NCBI GenBank assembly: GCA_964565515.1
Contig: CAZMFA010000003.1
Coordinates: 1 to 53,630, forward strand
Direction: 5' to 3'
DNA from: an uncultured Candidatus Saccharibacteria bacterium
GTDB lineage: Bacteria; Patescibacteriota; Minisyncoccia; UBA6257; GWB1-50-10
Length of the DNA stretch: 53,630 bases
The notes beneath the pieces were generated by a model. The model did no database searches, was not told the origin of the DNA, and was given only the letters and a program-made list of their open reading frames with translations. The stretch's first letter is position 1, and each line of letters starts with the position of its first letter. The translations under genes were made by a program, and so were the position numbers. Shown here in pieces: positions 29,407-38,456 of the stretch.

Positions 29407-30119
29407 TGGATTCGCATTTCGACACCAATACAGCTTATGTTTCCGTTTTTGCCGGCGCGGGAGGAGAGGACGCCAAGGATTGGGCGCGGATGCTCCTCCT
29501 TATGTACAAGAAGTATTCCGATCGGAAAGGTTTGAAATATTCGTTCGTGAATGACAATACGCTCGAGGTTAAGGGGCAGGACGTCTACGGTCTTTTGAAG
29601 GACGAATCGGGCGTGCATCGGCTGGTCCGTATCTCACCTTTCGACGCCAAGAAATTGCGCCATACGTCGTTCGCCCTCGTCGAAGTCGTTCCCGCGTTCC
29701 GGAAGATCGGTGCAGACGATCTTATGATTCCCGAAAAAGATTTGAAAATTGAATTCGCCCGATCGTCCGGTCCCGGCGGCCAAAACGTCAACAAGGTGGA
29801 AACGGCTGTCCGCATCGTGCATTTGCCGACCGGCATCGCGGTTTCTTCGCAAAGCGAACGGTCGCAAAGCCAAAACCGCGAAAAGGCGATGTTACTCTTG
29901 AAATCGAAGCTCGTGAAGATTATGGAAGAAAAACACGAAAAGGAAGTCGCCAATTTGCGCGTTAGGGTTGAACCGGAGTGGGGGCATGAAATCCGCTCCT
30001 ACGTCCTCCATCCCTACAAGCAAGTGAAAGACCATCGAACGGGACTCAAAATCACGAAAGTGGAAGAGGTGTTGGAGGGAAATCTCGATTTGCTAAAAAT
30101 TTCTAATTGTTCTAATTAA
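29406..30119 (+). CDS. prfB: Peptide chain release factor 2, lacking N-terminal domain 1
   Basis: GAGG..AKDW, ESGVHRLVRISPF, RHTSFA, GPGGQNVNK, WGHEIRSY; followed by ftsEX. Confidence 0.9.
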   Translation: MDSHFDTNTAYVSVFAGAGGEDAKDWARMLLLMYKKYSDRKGLKYSFVNDNTLEVKGQDVYGLLKDESGVHRLVRISPFDAKKLRHTSFALVEVVPAFRKIGADDLMIPEKDLKIEFARSSGPGGQNVNKVETAVRIVHLPTGIAVSSQSERSQSQNREKAMLLLKSKLVKIMEEKHEKEVANLRVRVEPEWGHEIRSYVLHPYKQVKDHRTGLKITKVEEVLEGNLDLLKISNCSN

Positions 30120-30187
30120 CCTAGTGTTTTTAGTCATTAAGTATTAGTCATTGATTAGAAATTAGAGTAATTAGAAATTAGTCATTT
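30096..30187. repeat. AT-rich CTAATT/AATTAG hairpin repeat, family D (overlaps prfB stop)
   Basis: TTTCTAATT/TTCTAATT units mirrored by ATTAGAAATTAG units. Confidence 0.65.
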
Positions 30188-30267
30188 ACGCAATTGTTTC
30201 CCGTGAGAATGTGTTTTATAATATAAGACGTAAACTTAAAGCAATAGGCTTGGAGTTTTTTATTGAT

Positions 30268-30951
30268 ATGATCACGTTTCAGAATGTAACGAAGACATAC
30301 AACCACGGAACGGTCGCGCTCGACAAGGTGAGTTTCAAGATACAGCCGAACGAATTCGTATCGCTCGTCGGCCGGTCGGGTGCGGGGAAATCAACCATCA
30401 TCAAACTTCTCACCGGCGAAGAAAAGCCGACCAAGGGGCAAATCTTCTTCGGTTCGTACGAAGTGAACAAACTGAAGCCGTCAGAATTGCCGGAGTTCAG
30501 AAGGCATATCGGTGTTATCTTTCAGGATTTTCGCCTCTTGCCCAAGAAGACCGCTTTCGAGAACGTTGCCTTTGCCTTGGAGGTGGAAGGAAGGCCGCAG
30601 CGCGACATCAACGAACTGGTCCCGCAAGTTTTGGACATGGTCGGCTTGAAGGATAAAGCGCAAAATTTTCCGGCGGAACTCTCGGGTGGAGAAAAGCAGC
30701 GGGTTGCGATCGCTCGGGCAATGATCAATCAACCGGATGTTCTCGTGGCGGACGAGCCGACCGGCAATTTGGACCCTTTCAATACGTGGGAGGTTATCAA
30801 GCTTTTGAAAAAGATCAACGAGTTGGGGAGTGTGGTAATCCTTGCAACGCACGACAAGGAGATCGTGAATGCGCTCGGAGAACGGGTAATCACGCTCGAA
30901 AAGGGAGAGGTTATCAAGGACGAAGCCCACGGAAGATTCATTATCGACTGA
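30268..30951 (+). CDS. ftsE: Cell division ATP-binding protein FtsE
   Basis: GRSGAGKS, IFQDFRLL, LSGGEKQR, ADEPTGNLD, ATHD. Confidence 0.95.
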   Translation: MITFQNVTKTYNHGTVALDKVSFKIQPNEFVSLVGRSGAGKSTIIKLLTGEEKPTKGQIFFGSYEVNKLKPSELPEFRRHIGVIFQDFRLLPKKTAFENVAFALEVEGRPQRDINELVPQVLDMVGLKDKAQNFPAELSGGEKQRVAIARAMINQPDVLVADEPTGNLDPFNTWEVIKLLKKINELGSVVILATHDKEIVNALGERVITLEKGEVIKDEAHGRFIID

Positions 30952-31018
30952 GATAGGTATATAGTATTGAGTAGTTTGTATTTCGTATACTAAATACTAG
31001 ATACCAAATACCAAATAT
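30952..31018. repeat. Heptamer hairpin repeat, family C copy 2
   Basis: GTATTTCGTATACTAAATACTAGATACCAAATACCAAATA. Confidence 0.65.
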
Positions 31019-31024
31019 AAGTTT

Positions 31025-31930
31025 ATGATCAATTTATTCAGGATTTTCAAATACGGCATCCAAAGCTTTTTGAGGGACGGATGGCTTTCTTTTTCGACGA
31101 TCGCCATCATGATCCTCGCGCTCATCGTCTTCGAGGGGCTGATGCTCTTCAATATCATTTCTCAAGGTGCCATTCAAACCATTCAGGACAAAGTCGATAT
31201 CACGGTTTATTTCCAAAGCAATGTACCCGAAGATACCATTTTGAACTTGAAACAGTCGCTCGAGGGATTGAATGAAGTGCAGTACGTGACCTATGTTTCC
31301 GAGGAGCAGGCGCTTGCCAACTTCAAGGCGCTCCACGCGGGCGATCAAGCGATTATCAAGACGCTCGATACGCTCGGTTCCAATCCACTTCTCCCTTCGC
31401 TCGATATCAAAGCGAAGGATATCCATCATTACGACACGATTGCCGCGTATCTCGAAAAACCGGACTTTCAGAATATCATCTATAAGATCAATTACGCCCA
31501 GAACCAAGTGGTTATCAACCGTTTGGTGTCGTTGATCGACAATTTCACGACCGGCGGCTTCGTGCTTACGGTGTTCTTGGCTTTCCTTGCGGCTGCAGTG
31601 ACATTCAATACCATCCGCCTTGCGATCTTTTCAAGCAAGGATCAAATCGGCATCATGCGCCTCGTGGGAGCCTCCAATAAATTCATCAGCGGTCCGTATC
31701 TCATCGAAGGGGCCCTCTACGGACTTATTGCGGCGCTCGTGAGTTTCCTCGTCATGATTCCCGTCATCACCTTCATATCTCCCCACGTAAACAGCTTTAT
31801 CCCGGAGGTGAATTTAAGTTCCTACTTTGCCGGTAATTTCGTTATTTTGCTTTTGTACCAAGCGCTTTTTGGAATTGGATTGGGGGTTGTTTCGAGCATC
31901 GTTGCGACGAAGCGCTACCTCAACGTGTAA
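31025..31930 (+). CDS. ftsX: Cell division permease FtsX
   Basis: 4 TM; NPL; NTIRLAIFS..IGIMRLVGAS..I.GPY.IEG. Confidence 0.95.
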   Translation: MINLFRIFKYGIQSFLRDGWLSFSTIAIMILALIVFEGLMLFNIISQGAIQTIQDKVDITVYFQSNVPEDTILNLKQSLEGLNEVQYVTYVSEEQALANFKALHAGDQAIIKTLDTLGSNPLLPSLDIKAKDIHHYDTIAAYLEKPDFQNIIYKINYAQNQVVINRLVSLIDNFTTGGFVLTVFLAFLAAAVTFNTIRLAIFSSKDQIGIMRLVGASNKFISGPYLIEGALYGLIAALVSFLVMIPVITFISPHVNSFIPEVNLSSYFAGNFVILLLYQALFGIGLGVVSSIVATKRYLNV

Positions 31931-31957
31931 CAATTGACAAAAAGCTCCGTATAGTAT

Positions 31958-32500
31958 ATGAGAAAGACTTCTGAAGAAGATTTCAACGCATTGGCATCCC
32001 GGCTCAAGGACGGCGATGCAGGGGCGGGTACGGTCATCTTCGAAAAATTTGCCCCGCTTTTCTTCGGTTTTTTCCTGCAACGAACGGGTGTAAAGGGCAT
32101 TGCCGAAGATCTGGTTCAAGAAGTCTTCGTCAAGTTGGTCGGGAGGATTGAGACCTTCAATCCTTCGGTCGGGAATTTCACGCCTTGGTTCTGGCAAATT
32201 GCACGGAATACCTTGAATGATTATTTTCGAGAGCGGAAAAATGTATCCCTTTCCGGGATCGAGGATGTCGAAGAGGATGAGTTTGCGATCGACGAGTCCT
32301 TGGATACCAAGGAGTTTGTCTCGGAAATTCTGAACAAAGTTAAAGAATTCTCGGAGGAAGACCAAGATATTTTCCTTATGAGATACATTGAAGGATTGTC
32401 ATACCGGGAAATGGCGGCCGCTTTGGGAAAAACGGAAGTCTCGCTCCGTGTTGCCGCTCACCGGCTGATTAAAAAAATCAAAAATCTTTATCATGATTAA
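31958..32500 (+). CDS. ECF sigma-70 factor
   Basis: AEDLVQEVF, WFWQIARN, region 4 GLSYREMAAALG. Confidence 0.92.
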   Translation: MRKTSEEDFNALASRLKDGDAGAGTVIFEKFAPLFFGFFLQRTGVKGIAEDLVQEVFVKLVGRIETFNPSVGNFTPWFWQIARNTLNDYFRERKNVSLSGIEDVEEDEFAIDESLDTKEFVSEILNKVKEFSEEDQDIFLMRYIEGLSYREMAAALGKTEVSLRVAAHRLIKKIKNLYHD

Positions 32501-33134
32501 GTTCGTACGGCACCGCTTCCATATGCAAAAAGCGAAGAAACTCCTCCGGAGGAGATTTTCGCCGGATGCGGCGTTCATGGCGGATGCCAAAGCCGACTTC
32601 CTTTCGCGCATCGCGGGCGTCAAAGGCATTGCCGTTCCGGCGAAGAAAAGATTCGACTGGGTGCTCAAGTATTCGGTAACCTTCGCGATCATTTTGGGAT
32701 TGAGCGGAGGATTGGTCGCCTATGCTGATGGCCAAAATGTTCCGCCGACCCACCCCCTGTATCCCTTGAAACGGCTCGGCGAAGACATTACGCTCACCTT
32801 CGCTTCCTCCCAAAGCAAGCCGTACCTCCATCAGCAGTTCGCCGAGCGGCGTTTGGAAGAAATCGAAGAAGTTTCTTCGGCTGCTTCTTCGACGAAAAAG
32901 AATCAAATCGTGAAAACTTTGAATGATGATTTCAAGACGGAGGTCGATGAGGCCTTCGCGAGCGCCAAGAAGAAAGATGTGAAAGTCGATGCCCTATCCC
33001 TTTGCAGTTCATTGGGAACCATGATTTCGAAAAACGGCAAAAAGGGCCAAGCCGTCATCGAAGAGGCTTCGTGGGGAAGTTTTCAAAAGTATTGCGGGGG
33101 AACACCGTCGGATTTCAGGATTGAACTCGAATAA
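32493..33134 (+). CDS. Putative anti-sigma membrane protein (DUF5667-like)
   Basis: Overlaps sigma stop; one TM, then P..PLYPLKRLGE and AERRLEE. Confidence 0.7.
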   Translation: MIKFVRHRFHMQKAKKLLRRRFSPDAAFMADAKADFLSRIAGVKGIAVPAKKRFDWVLKYSVTFAIILGLSGGLVAYADGQNVPPTHPLYPLKRLGEDITLTFASSQSKPYLHQQFAERRLEEIEEVSSAASSTKKNQIVKTLNDDFKTEVDEAFASAKKKDVKVDALSLCSSLGTMISKNGKKGQAVIEEASWGSFQKYCGGTPSDFRIELE

Positions 33135-33158
33135 CGCCGGGGGTATACTGAAATCACG

Positions 33159-33548
33159 ATGAAAATAACTATTTGCACGTCGAAGATACACCGGGCGACG
33201 GTTACCGAAGCCGACTTGAACTACGTCGGCTCGATCACCATTGACCAGGATCTCATGGATGCGGCGCGCATCAAGCCGTACCAAATTCTCCAAATAACCA
33301 ATTGTTCGAACGGGGCTTTGTGGAGAACGTATGCGATACCGGGCGAGCGGGGGAAAGGCGACATCTGCCTCAATGGCCCGCCGGCGAGGATTTTCCAGCC
33401 CGGCGATAAGGTGATCATTCTTGCGGAAGCATGGGTGGAACCGGAGGAAATGGAACACATCGAACCGGTCGTCGTGTTTGTCGACGACAAGAACAAGATA
33501 ACCGAAGTTAAAAAGTACAAGCTCATCGAGCCGTTTACCAATGGATAA
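33159..33548 (+). CDS. panD: Aspartate 1-decarboxylase-like pyruvoyl enzyme
   Basis: SKIHRATVT, YVG|SITID autocleavage site, T57-Y58, LNG. Confidence 0.9.
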   Translation: MKITICTSKIHRATVTEADLNYVGSITIDQDLMDAARIKPYQILQITNCSNGALWRTYAIPGERGKGDICLNGPPARIFQPGDKVIILAEAWVEPEEMEHIEPVVVFVDDKNKITEVKKYKLIEPFTNG

Positions 33549-34650
33549 TCTGCAACGTTTCGGCGCACTGCCGTATCAAAGCATCAAAGCCTTCATTGCA
33601 GACGGCACTTTCAGGAACGCAAAAGAGGAAAATGTGAATCCGGCCTCGCTCGATTTTTCTCTCTCCGAAGAAATTTACCGAGTAGAGGGAATTTTCCTTC
33701 CGCGGCCGGGGGAAAAGGTGGCGGAGCTCTTAGAAAAAACCGAGCACTCAAAACATACCTTCGAGAATCCGTTGGAGCGCGACGTCACGTACCTTGCGCG
33801 CCTCAACGAGGTCGTTGCTCTTCCGCCGGATATTTACGGCTACTGCAACCCCAAAAGCTCGACGGGGCGGAACGATGTTCATGTCCGCGTTCTCGCCGAC
33901 GGCGTTTCCCGTTACGATACGATTCCGCGGGGTTACCAGGGAGCGCTTTGGCTCGCCGTGAATCCCCGTTCGTATCCCGTGGAAGTTTCTTCCGGCGAAC
34001 GGCTGACCCAGGGCCGCTTTTTCAACCGGGACACGCGGCTCTCCGAGCAGGAATTGAAGGAGGTTATGAGCAGGGAATCGCTCGTTTTTGACGGTCATGG
34101 CGAGCCGATACGCTATGAAGATATAAAAATAAAAGACGGCGATGGATCGGTCATTTTAAGATTGGATCTCGACCAAGACATCGTAGGCTATGAATGTTTG
34201 GGATCGAATAAGGTGATGGATTTTTCGAAACGGAAGTTTTATGACCCCGATGACTTCTTCCGCGAGATAAAGAAAGAAGAAGGAAGCATTTCCCTGAAGA
34301 AGGGCGGATTTTACATCCTTTCGACGAAAGAGGCCGTGCGGGTGCCGCCTTCGATGGCGCTTGAAGTTGCGCCGATGGACGAACGAAGCGGTGAATTCCG
34401 ATCGCACTATGCCGGCTTTTTCGATCCCGGGTGGGGATACGGCAAGAACGGCGAAGCAAAGGGCCGCCCAGCAACCTTGGAGGTAAGGCCGTTCGAAGAC
34501 ATGATCATTCGAAACAAGCAAGCAATTGCAAAGGTAAAATTCGAACACTTGATGGAAGTTCCCGAAGTCATTTACGACTCCATCAGCACATCAAGTTATA
34601 CTGCGCAATCCAACGCGAAACTCTCGAAGCACTTTAAGGAGGTTCAGTAA
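33541..34650 (+). CDS. dcd: dCTP deaminase, two-domain DCD type
   Basis: PASLD, NPKSSTGR.DV, HYAGFFDPG, LEVRP, KLSKHF. Confidence 0.85.
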   Translation: MDNLQRFGALPYQSIKAFIADGTFRNAKEENVNPASLDFSLSEEIYRVEGIFLPRPGEKVAELLEKTEHSKHTFENPLERDVTYLARLNEVVALPPDIYGYCNPKSSTGRNDVHVRVLADGVSRYDTIPRGYQGALWLAVNPRSYPVEVSSGERLTQGRFFNRDTRLSEQELKEVMSRESLVFDGHGEPIRYEDIKIKDGDGSVILRLDLDQDIVGYECLGSNKVMDFSKRKFYDPDDFFREIKKEEGSISLKKGGFYILSTKEAVRVPPSMALEVAPMDERSGEFRSHYAGFFDPGWGYGKNGEAKGRPATLEVRPFEDMIIRNKQAIAKVKFEHLMEVPEVIYDSISTSSYTAQSNAKLSKHFKEVQ

Positions 34651-35015
34651 TTCTGGAGAAGTTGATTCAATTGTGAGTCGTTCGTCGAACCGCCGAGGGC
34701 CGAGTTGAGCGAAGAATTCAAATTATTCACGAAGCCCATCATGATCCAAACGGTTCCGATGATGCCGATGATGGTAAGAATAAGCGAGACGAGACCGACG
34801 GTTCTCGCCGTTTTGTTTTGCTGCCGGAGGTATTTGAATGTCCAGGTAAGGCCGAAGGGGGGCAAAAAAAGACTCACACAATAAATGAGAATTTGTTTCC
34901 CGATCGACGTCGAGAGCCTCGGTTCTTCGAGCGGCTTGCCGCAGTGGGAGCAAAAGATTGCATCGGGGGCCACGCCCGCTCCGCAATGGGGGCAGAACCG
35001 TAATTCACTTTCCAT
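34644..35015 (-). CDS. Zinc-ribbon membrane protein
   Basis: FCPHCG..FCSHCG plus two TMs; start at ATG 35015. Confidence 0.8.
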   Translation of the reverse strand: MESELRFCPHCGAGVAPDAIFCSHCGKPLEEPRLSTSIGKQILIYCVSLFLPPFGLTWTFKYLRQQNKTARTVGLVSLILTIIGIIGTVWIMMGFVNNLNSSLNSALGGSTNDSQLNQLLQNY

Positions 35016-35030
35016 GACTTCCAGTATATC

Positions 35031-36050
35031 ATGAGAATCATGAGAACGAAGATTATAGCAACCTTGGGGCCGGTCTCGGAGAGCCGTGAGACCGTCGTAA
35101 AGCTCTGCGAAGCAGGGATGAATATTGCCCGGCTGAATTTCTCCCATTGCACGCATGAGGAGTTGAAAGAGGTTAAGAAAACACTGCTTTGGGCGGCTAA
35201 AAAATGCGGAAAAGAGGTCCGCGTGCTGCAGGACCTTCAGGGACCCCGCATCAGAGTCGGCAAACTGCCTTCCGAAGGCATAAAATTGGAGGAGGGGAAC
35301 ACGATCGTTTTTTCGACCAGCGCTGCCGACCGAGATGCCATTTTTGTCGACAGCCCGCGGCTCCATCTCGAGATCAAGAAGGGAGATTCAATTTTCCTTT
35401 CGAACGGCGATATGGAGCTGAAAACTCTCAAGATCAAGGATCAAAAGATATTTGCCGGTGTCGTGCGGGGAGGGATGCTGTATTCCCGGAAAGCCGTCAA
35501 TGTCCCGGATACGAAACTTTCTGCAGCCGGCCTTACCAAGAAGGATATTGCAGACCTGAAATTCGGTCTTCGGGAAAGAGTCGACTACGTCGCAGTCTCG
35601 TTCGTTCAGACGGCTGATGATATTATTCGAGCGAAGCAAATCATTCGCGGCAAGGCGAAAATCATCGCGAAGATCGAAACGGCGCTGGCCTTGAAGAATA
35701 TCGACGCGGTCATCCAAGCTTCCGACGGCATTATGATCGCCCGCGGCGACTTGGGTATCGAGGTGCCGGAGGAAAAATTGCCGTTCATTCAAAAGAATCT
35801 GATTCGCCACGCTGCATGGCACGGGAGATTTTCTATTACCGCGACGCAAATGCTGACGTCGATGGTAAGCCATGCGCATCCGACGCGGGCTGAGGTTTCC
35901 GACATCGCAAATGCGATTTGGGATGGAACGGATGCAGTCATGCTTTCTGACGAGACGGCTTCCGGCGAATACCCGGTACAGGCCTTGCGGGCCATGGCAA
36001 GGATCGTAGAGCAGGCGGAGTCGTTCAGCAACAGGCCGAACCATTGGTAG
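35031..36050 (+). CDS. pyk: Pyruvate kinase (A and B domains only)
   Basis: TKIIATLGP, ARLNFSH, DLQGP.IR, AKIE, ARGDLG, ATQML, PTRAEVSD, MLSDETA. Confidence 0.95.
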   Translation: MRIMRTKIIATLGPVSESRETVVKLCEAGMNIARLNFSHCTHEELKEVKKTLLWAAKKCGKEVRVLQDLQGPRIRVGKLPSEGIKLEEGNTIVFSTSAADRDAIFVDSPRLHLEIKKGDSIFLSNGDMELKTLKIKDQKIFAGVVRGGMLYSRKAVNVPDTKLSAAGLTKKDIADLKFGLRERVDYVAVSFVQTADDIIRAKQIIRGKAKIIAKIETALALKNIDAVIQASDGIMIARGDLGIEVPEEKLPFIQKNLIRHAAWHGRFSITATQMLTSMVSHAHPTRAEVSDIANAIWDGTDAVMLSDETASGEYPVQALRAMARIVEQAESFSNRPNHW

Positions 36051-36094
36051 CAGCCGGTTCTGGTCGTGAAACGAAAGCGAATGAAGCCGCGTAT

Positions 36095-36838
36095 ATGAAG
36101 GAAACGAAAATACTCATGGGTATGCCCGTGACCGTGGAGATTGTTGATGAAGGCGCGAGCACCTGCGACATCAGCGAAATTTTTTCTTATTTTGGGTATG
36201 TCGACGACACCTTTAGCACCTTCAAGGACTCAAGCGAAATAATGAAGATCAATCGAGGAGAACTCGATCGATCGCAGTGGAGTTCCGATATGAAGGAGAT
36301 CTTCGATCTTGCCGAAAAGACAAAAAAGGAGACCGATGGCTATTTTGATGTGAAGACTCCCGACGGTTCCTACGACCCTTCCGGCATCGTAAAAGGATGG
36401 GCAATTTGGAAAGCTGCCGGTATCTTAAGGAAGAGGGGTTTCAGGAATTTTTATGTCGATGCGGGGGGAGACATCGAAGTGTCCGGTGCCAATGAAGAAG
36501 GCGGAAAGTGGACGATTGGCATTCGGAATCCTTTCAATGTTCGCGAAATCGTGAAGAGGGTCGTGTTGACCGACGGCGGTATTGCAACGTCGGGAAATTA
36601 CGAACGGGGAAATCACATTTACAATCCCAAGACGGGCGAAGCTGCCGGTTCCGATATCGTGGGTGTGAGCATCGTAGGGCCGAACGTTTACGAGGCGGAT
36701 CGGTTTGCGACGGCGGCGTTCGCGATGGGAAGGAGCGGCATTCAACTTATTGAACGAGTGCCGGGTATTGAAGGATATATGATCGACCGCCAAGGCGTTG
36801 CAACGATGACCAGCGGTTTCAAAAACTATGTGGCGTAA
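36095..36838 (+). CDS. apbE: FAD:protein FMN transferase (ApbE family), no signal peptide
   Basis: MG, TDGYFD, DPSGIVKG, DAGGDI, IATSG.YERG.HI.NP.TG, AD..ATA. Confidence 0.88.
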   Translation: MKETKILMGMPVTVEIVDEGASTCDISEIFSYFGYVDDTFSTFKDSSEIMKINRGELDRSQWSSDMKEIFDLAEKTKKETDGYFDVKTPDGSYDPSGIVKGWAIWKAAGILRKRGFRNFYVDAGGDIEVSGANEEGGKWTIGIRNPFNVREIVKRVVLTDGGIATSGNYERGNHIYNPKTGEAAGSDIVGVSIVGPNVYEADRFATAAFAMGRSGIQLIERVPGIEGYMIDRQGVATMTSGFKNYVA

Positions 36839-38363
36839 GTTATTCAACGGGATCGATTCGCTTTTGAACGGTACGACGATGTACCGAGTGGTGCTTTACT
36901 ATCTTCTCGGACTTCTTTTAATCGCCGTCGTCTTTTCGGCGGTCCGTGTCCTCCCGTACAGTCCGTTCGGCCTCCTGTTTTCAGCCCTCTTCATAACGGG
37001 CGTTTCTTGGGTGGCCAACTTCGTTTTTGCGAAGGTTTTCAGGGCGCAAACGAATGTCGAGTCGGTCTATATCACGGCGCTCATTTTGACCCTTATTATA
37101 ACGCCCTTTTCCGGACCCTCTGCGGCTTCTTATTTTTCGATCGCGGTATGGGCTTCGGTTTGGGCCATGGCCTCGAAATATATTTTTGCGATCAAGAAGA
37201 AACACATCTTCAATCCTGCTGCGTTCGGCGTCGCGCTGACAGCCTTAACGGTCAACCAAGCGGCAAGCTGGTGGGTGGGGACCGTATCCCTTCTGCCATT
37301 CGTCGTCGCGGGGGGTATTTTGATGACGAGAAAGCTCCTGCGGTCGGATCTGGTTTTCAGTTTTCTTGCGACGGCGCTCGTTGCCGCCTTATTCCTCGGG
37401 ATCGCTGCCGGCCAGGATGCCGGAAGGCTCGTGTCCCAAGCTCTTTTCGACTCGCCGCTCTTTTTCTTCGCGTTCGTGATGCTTACAGAACCCTTAACCA
37501 CGCCGCCCACGGAAAATCTCCGGATGGCGTATGGGATACTCGTCGGTTTTCTTTTCGCGCCGCAAGTGCATCTCGGGTCGTTTTATTTCTCGCCGGAACT
37601 TGCACTCATCGCGGGCAATATTTTTTCGTATCTCGTGAGCTCGAAGAAAAAATTGATCTTGACGCTCGCGGAGCGGAAGAAGATCGGTGCCGGCCTTTAC
37701 GATTTTGTCTTCAAGCCGGACGAGAAATTGAATTTCAAGCCGGGGCAGTATCTTGAGTGGACGCTTTCGCATCCGCATCCCGATTCGCGCGGCAATCGAC
37801 GCTACTTTACCATTGCTTCATCGCCGACCGAGCGCGACGTGCGGATGGGGGTGCGGTTCAATCCGAATTCCAGCTCGTTCAAGAAAGCGCTCGGTGCCAT
37901 GAAGAAGGGAGACGTCATCGTCGCGTCGCAGCTCTCGGGCGATTTCACGCTGCCGCGCGATGGGTCGAAAAAATTGGTTCTCGTTGCGGGCGGCATCGGC
38001 ATCACTCCCATCCGGAGCATGATACGATACCTTGTGGACATGAATGAGCGCCGTCCGATCACCCTCCTTTATTCGGCGAAGACGGCCGATGACTTGGCAT
38101 ACCGCGATGTTTTCGATGAGGCGGAGCGGTCGCTTGGCATGAAGGTCGTTTACACCCTGACCGGTGAAGCTCCTGCTGGGTGGCAAGGCGAACGGGGACG
38201 CATCGATGGTGAAATGATCCGAAGACACATCCCCGATTATCAAGAAAGGTTGTTCTATATCTCCGGTACTCACGCCATGGTGGGGCATGTGAAGAAAGTC
38301 CTGCACGATATGGGCGTTGAAAAGAAGAATGTGAAGACCGACTTTTTCCCGGGGTTCGCCTGA
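36828..38363 (+). CDS. RnfD/NqrB-like membrane domain fused to an FNR-type FAD/NAD(P) oxidoreductase
   Basis: SKYIF..KHIFNPAA, FVMLTEPLTTP; FKPGQY, RRYFTIASSP, AGGIGITP, YISG; GTG start. Confidence 0.85.
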   Translation: MWRKLFNGIDSLLNGTTMYRVVLYYLLGLLLIAVVFSAVRVLPYSPFGLLFSALFITGVSWVANFVFAKVFRAQTNVESVYITALILTLIITPFSGPSAASYFSIAVWASVWAMASKYIFAIKKKHIFNPAAFGVALTALTVNQAASWWVGTVSLLPFVVAGGILMTRKLLRSDLVFSFLATALVAALFLGIAAGQDAGRLVSQALFDSPLFFFAFVMLTEPLTTPPTENLRMAYGILVGFLFAPQVHLGSFYFSPELALIAGNIFSYLVSSKKKLILTLAERKKIGAGLYDFVFKPDEKLNFKPGQYLEWTLSHPHPDSRGNRRYFTIASSPTERDVRMGVRFNPNSSSFKKALGAMKKGDVIVASQLSGDFTLPRDGSKKLVLVAGGIGITPIRSMIRYLVDMNERRPITLLYSAKTADDLAYRDVFDEAERSLGMKVVYTLTGEAPAGWQGERGRIDGEMIRRHIPDYQERLFYISGTHAMVGHVKKVLHDMGVEKKNVKTDFFPGFA

Positions 38364-38400
38364 GAGCCCCCGGTGCGAAGCCCCCGGGGACCCCTCGGAT

Positions 38401-38429
38401 TTGACAGGGGAACCGCAAGGAAGCACACT
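38401..38429 (+). promoter_or_regulatory. Putative sigma70 promoter
   Basis: TTGACA-N17-CACACT; SD AAAGGA before ATG 38457. Confidence 0.45.
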
Positions 38430-38456
38430 GAGGGGAGATAATTTGAAAGGATTACT

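Noticed and set aside
29331-29420. Programmed +1 frameshift in prfB
   Set aside because: No CTT-TGA site or upstream ORF; the space is occupied by tRNA-Thr and rnpB
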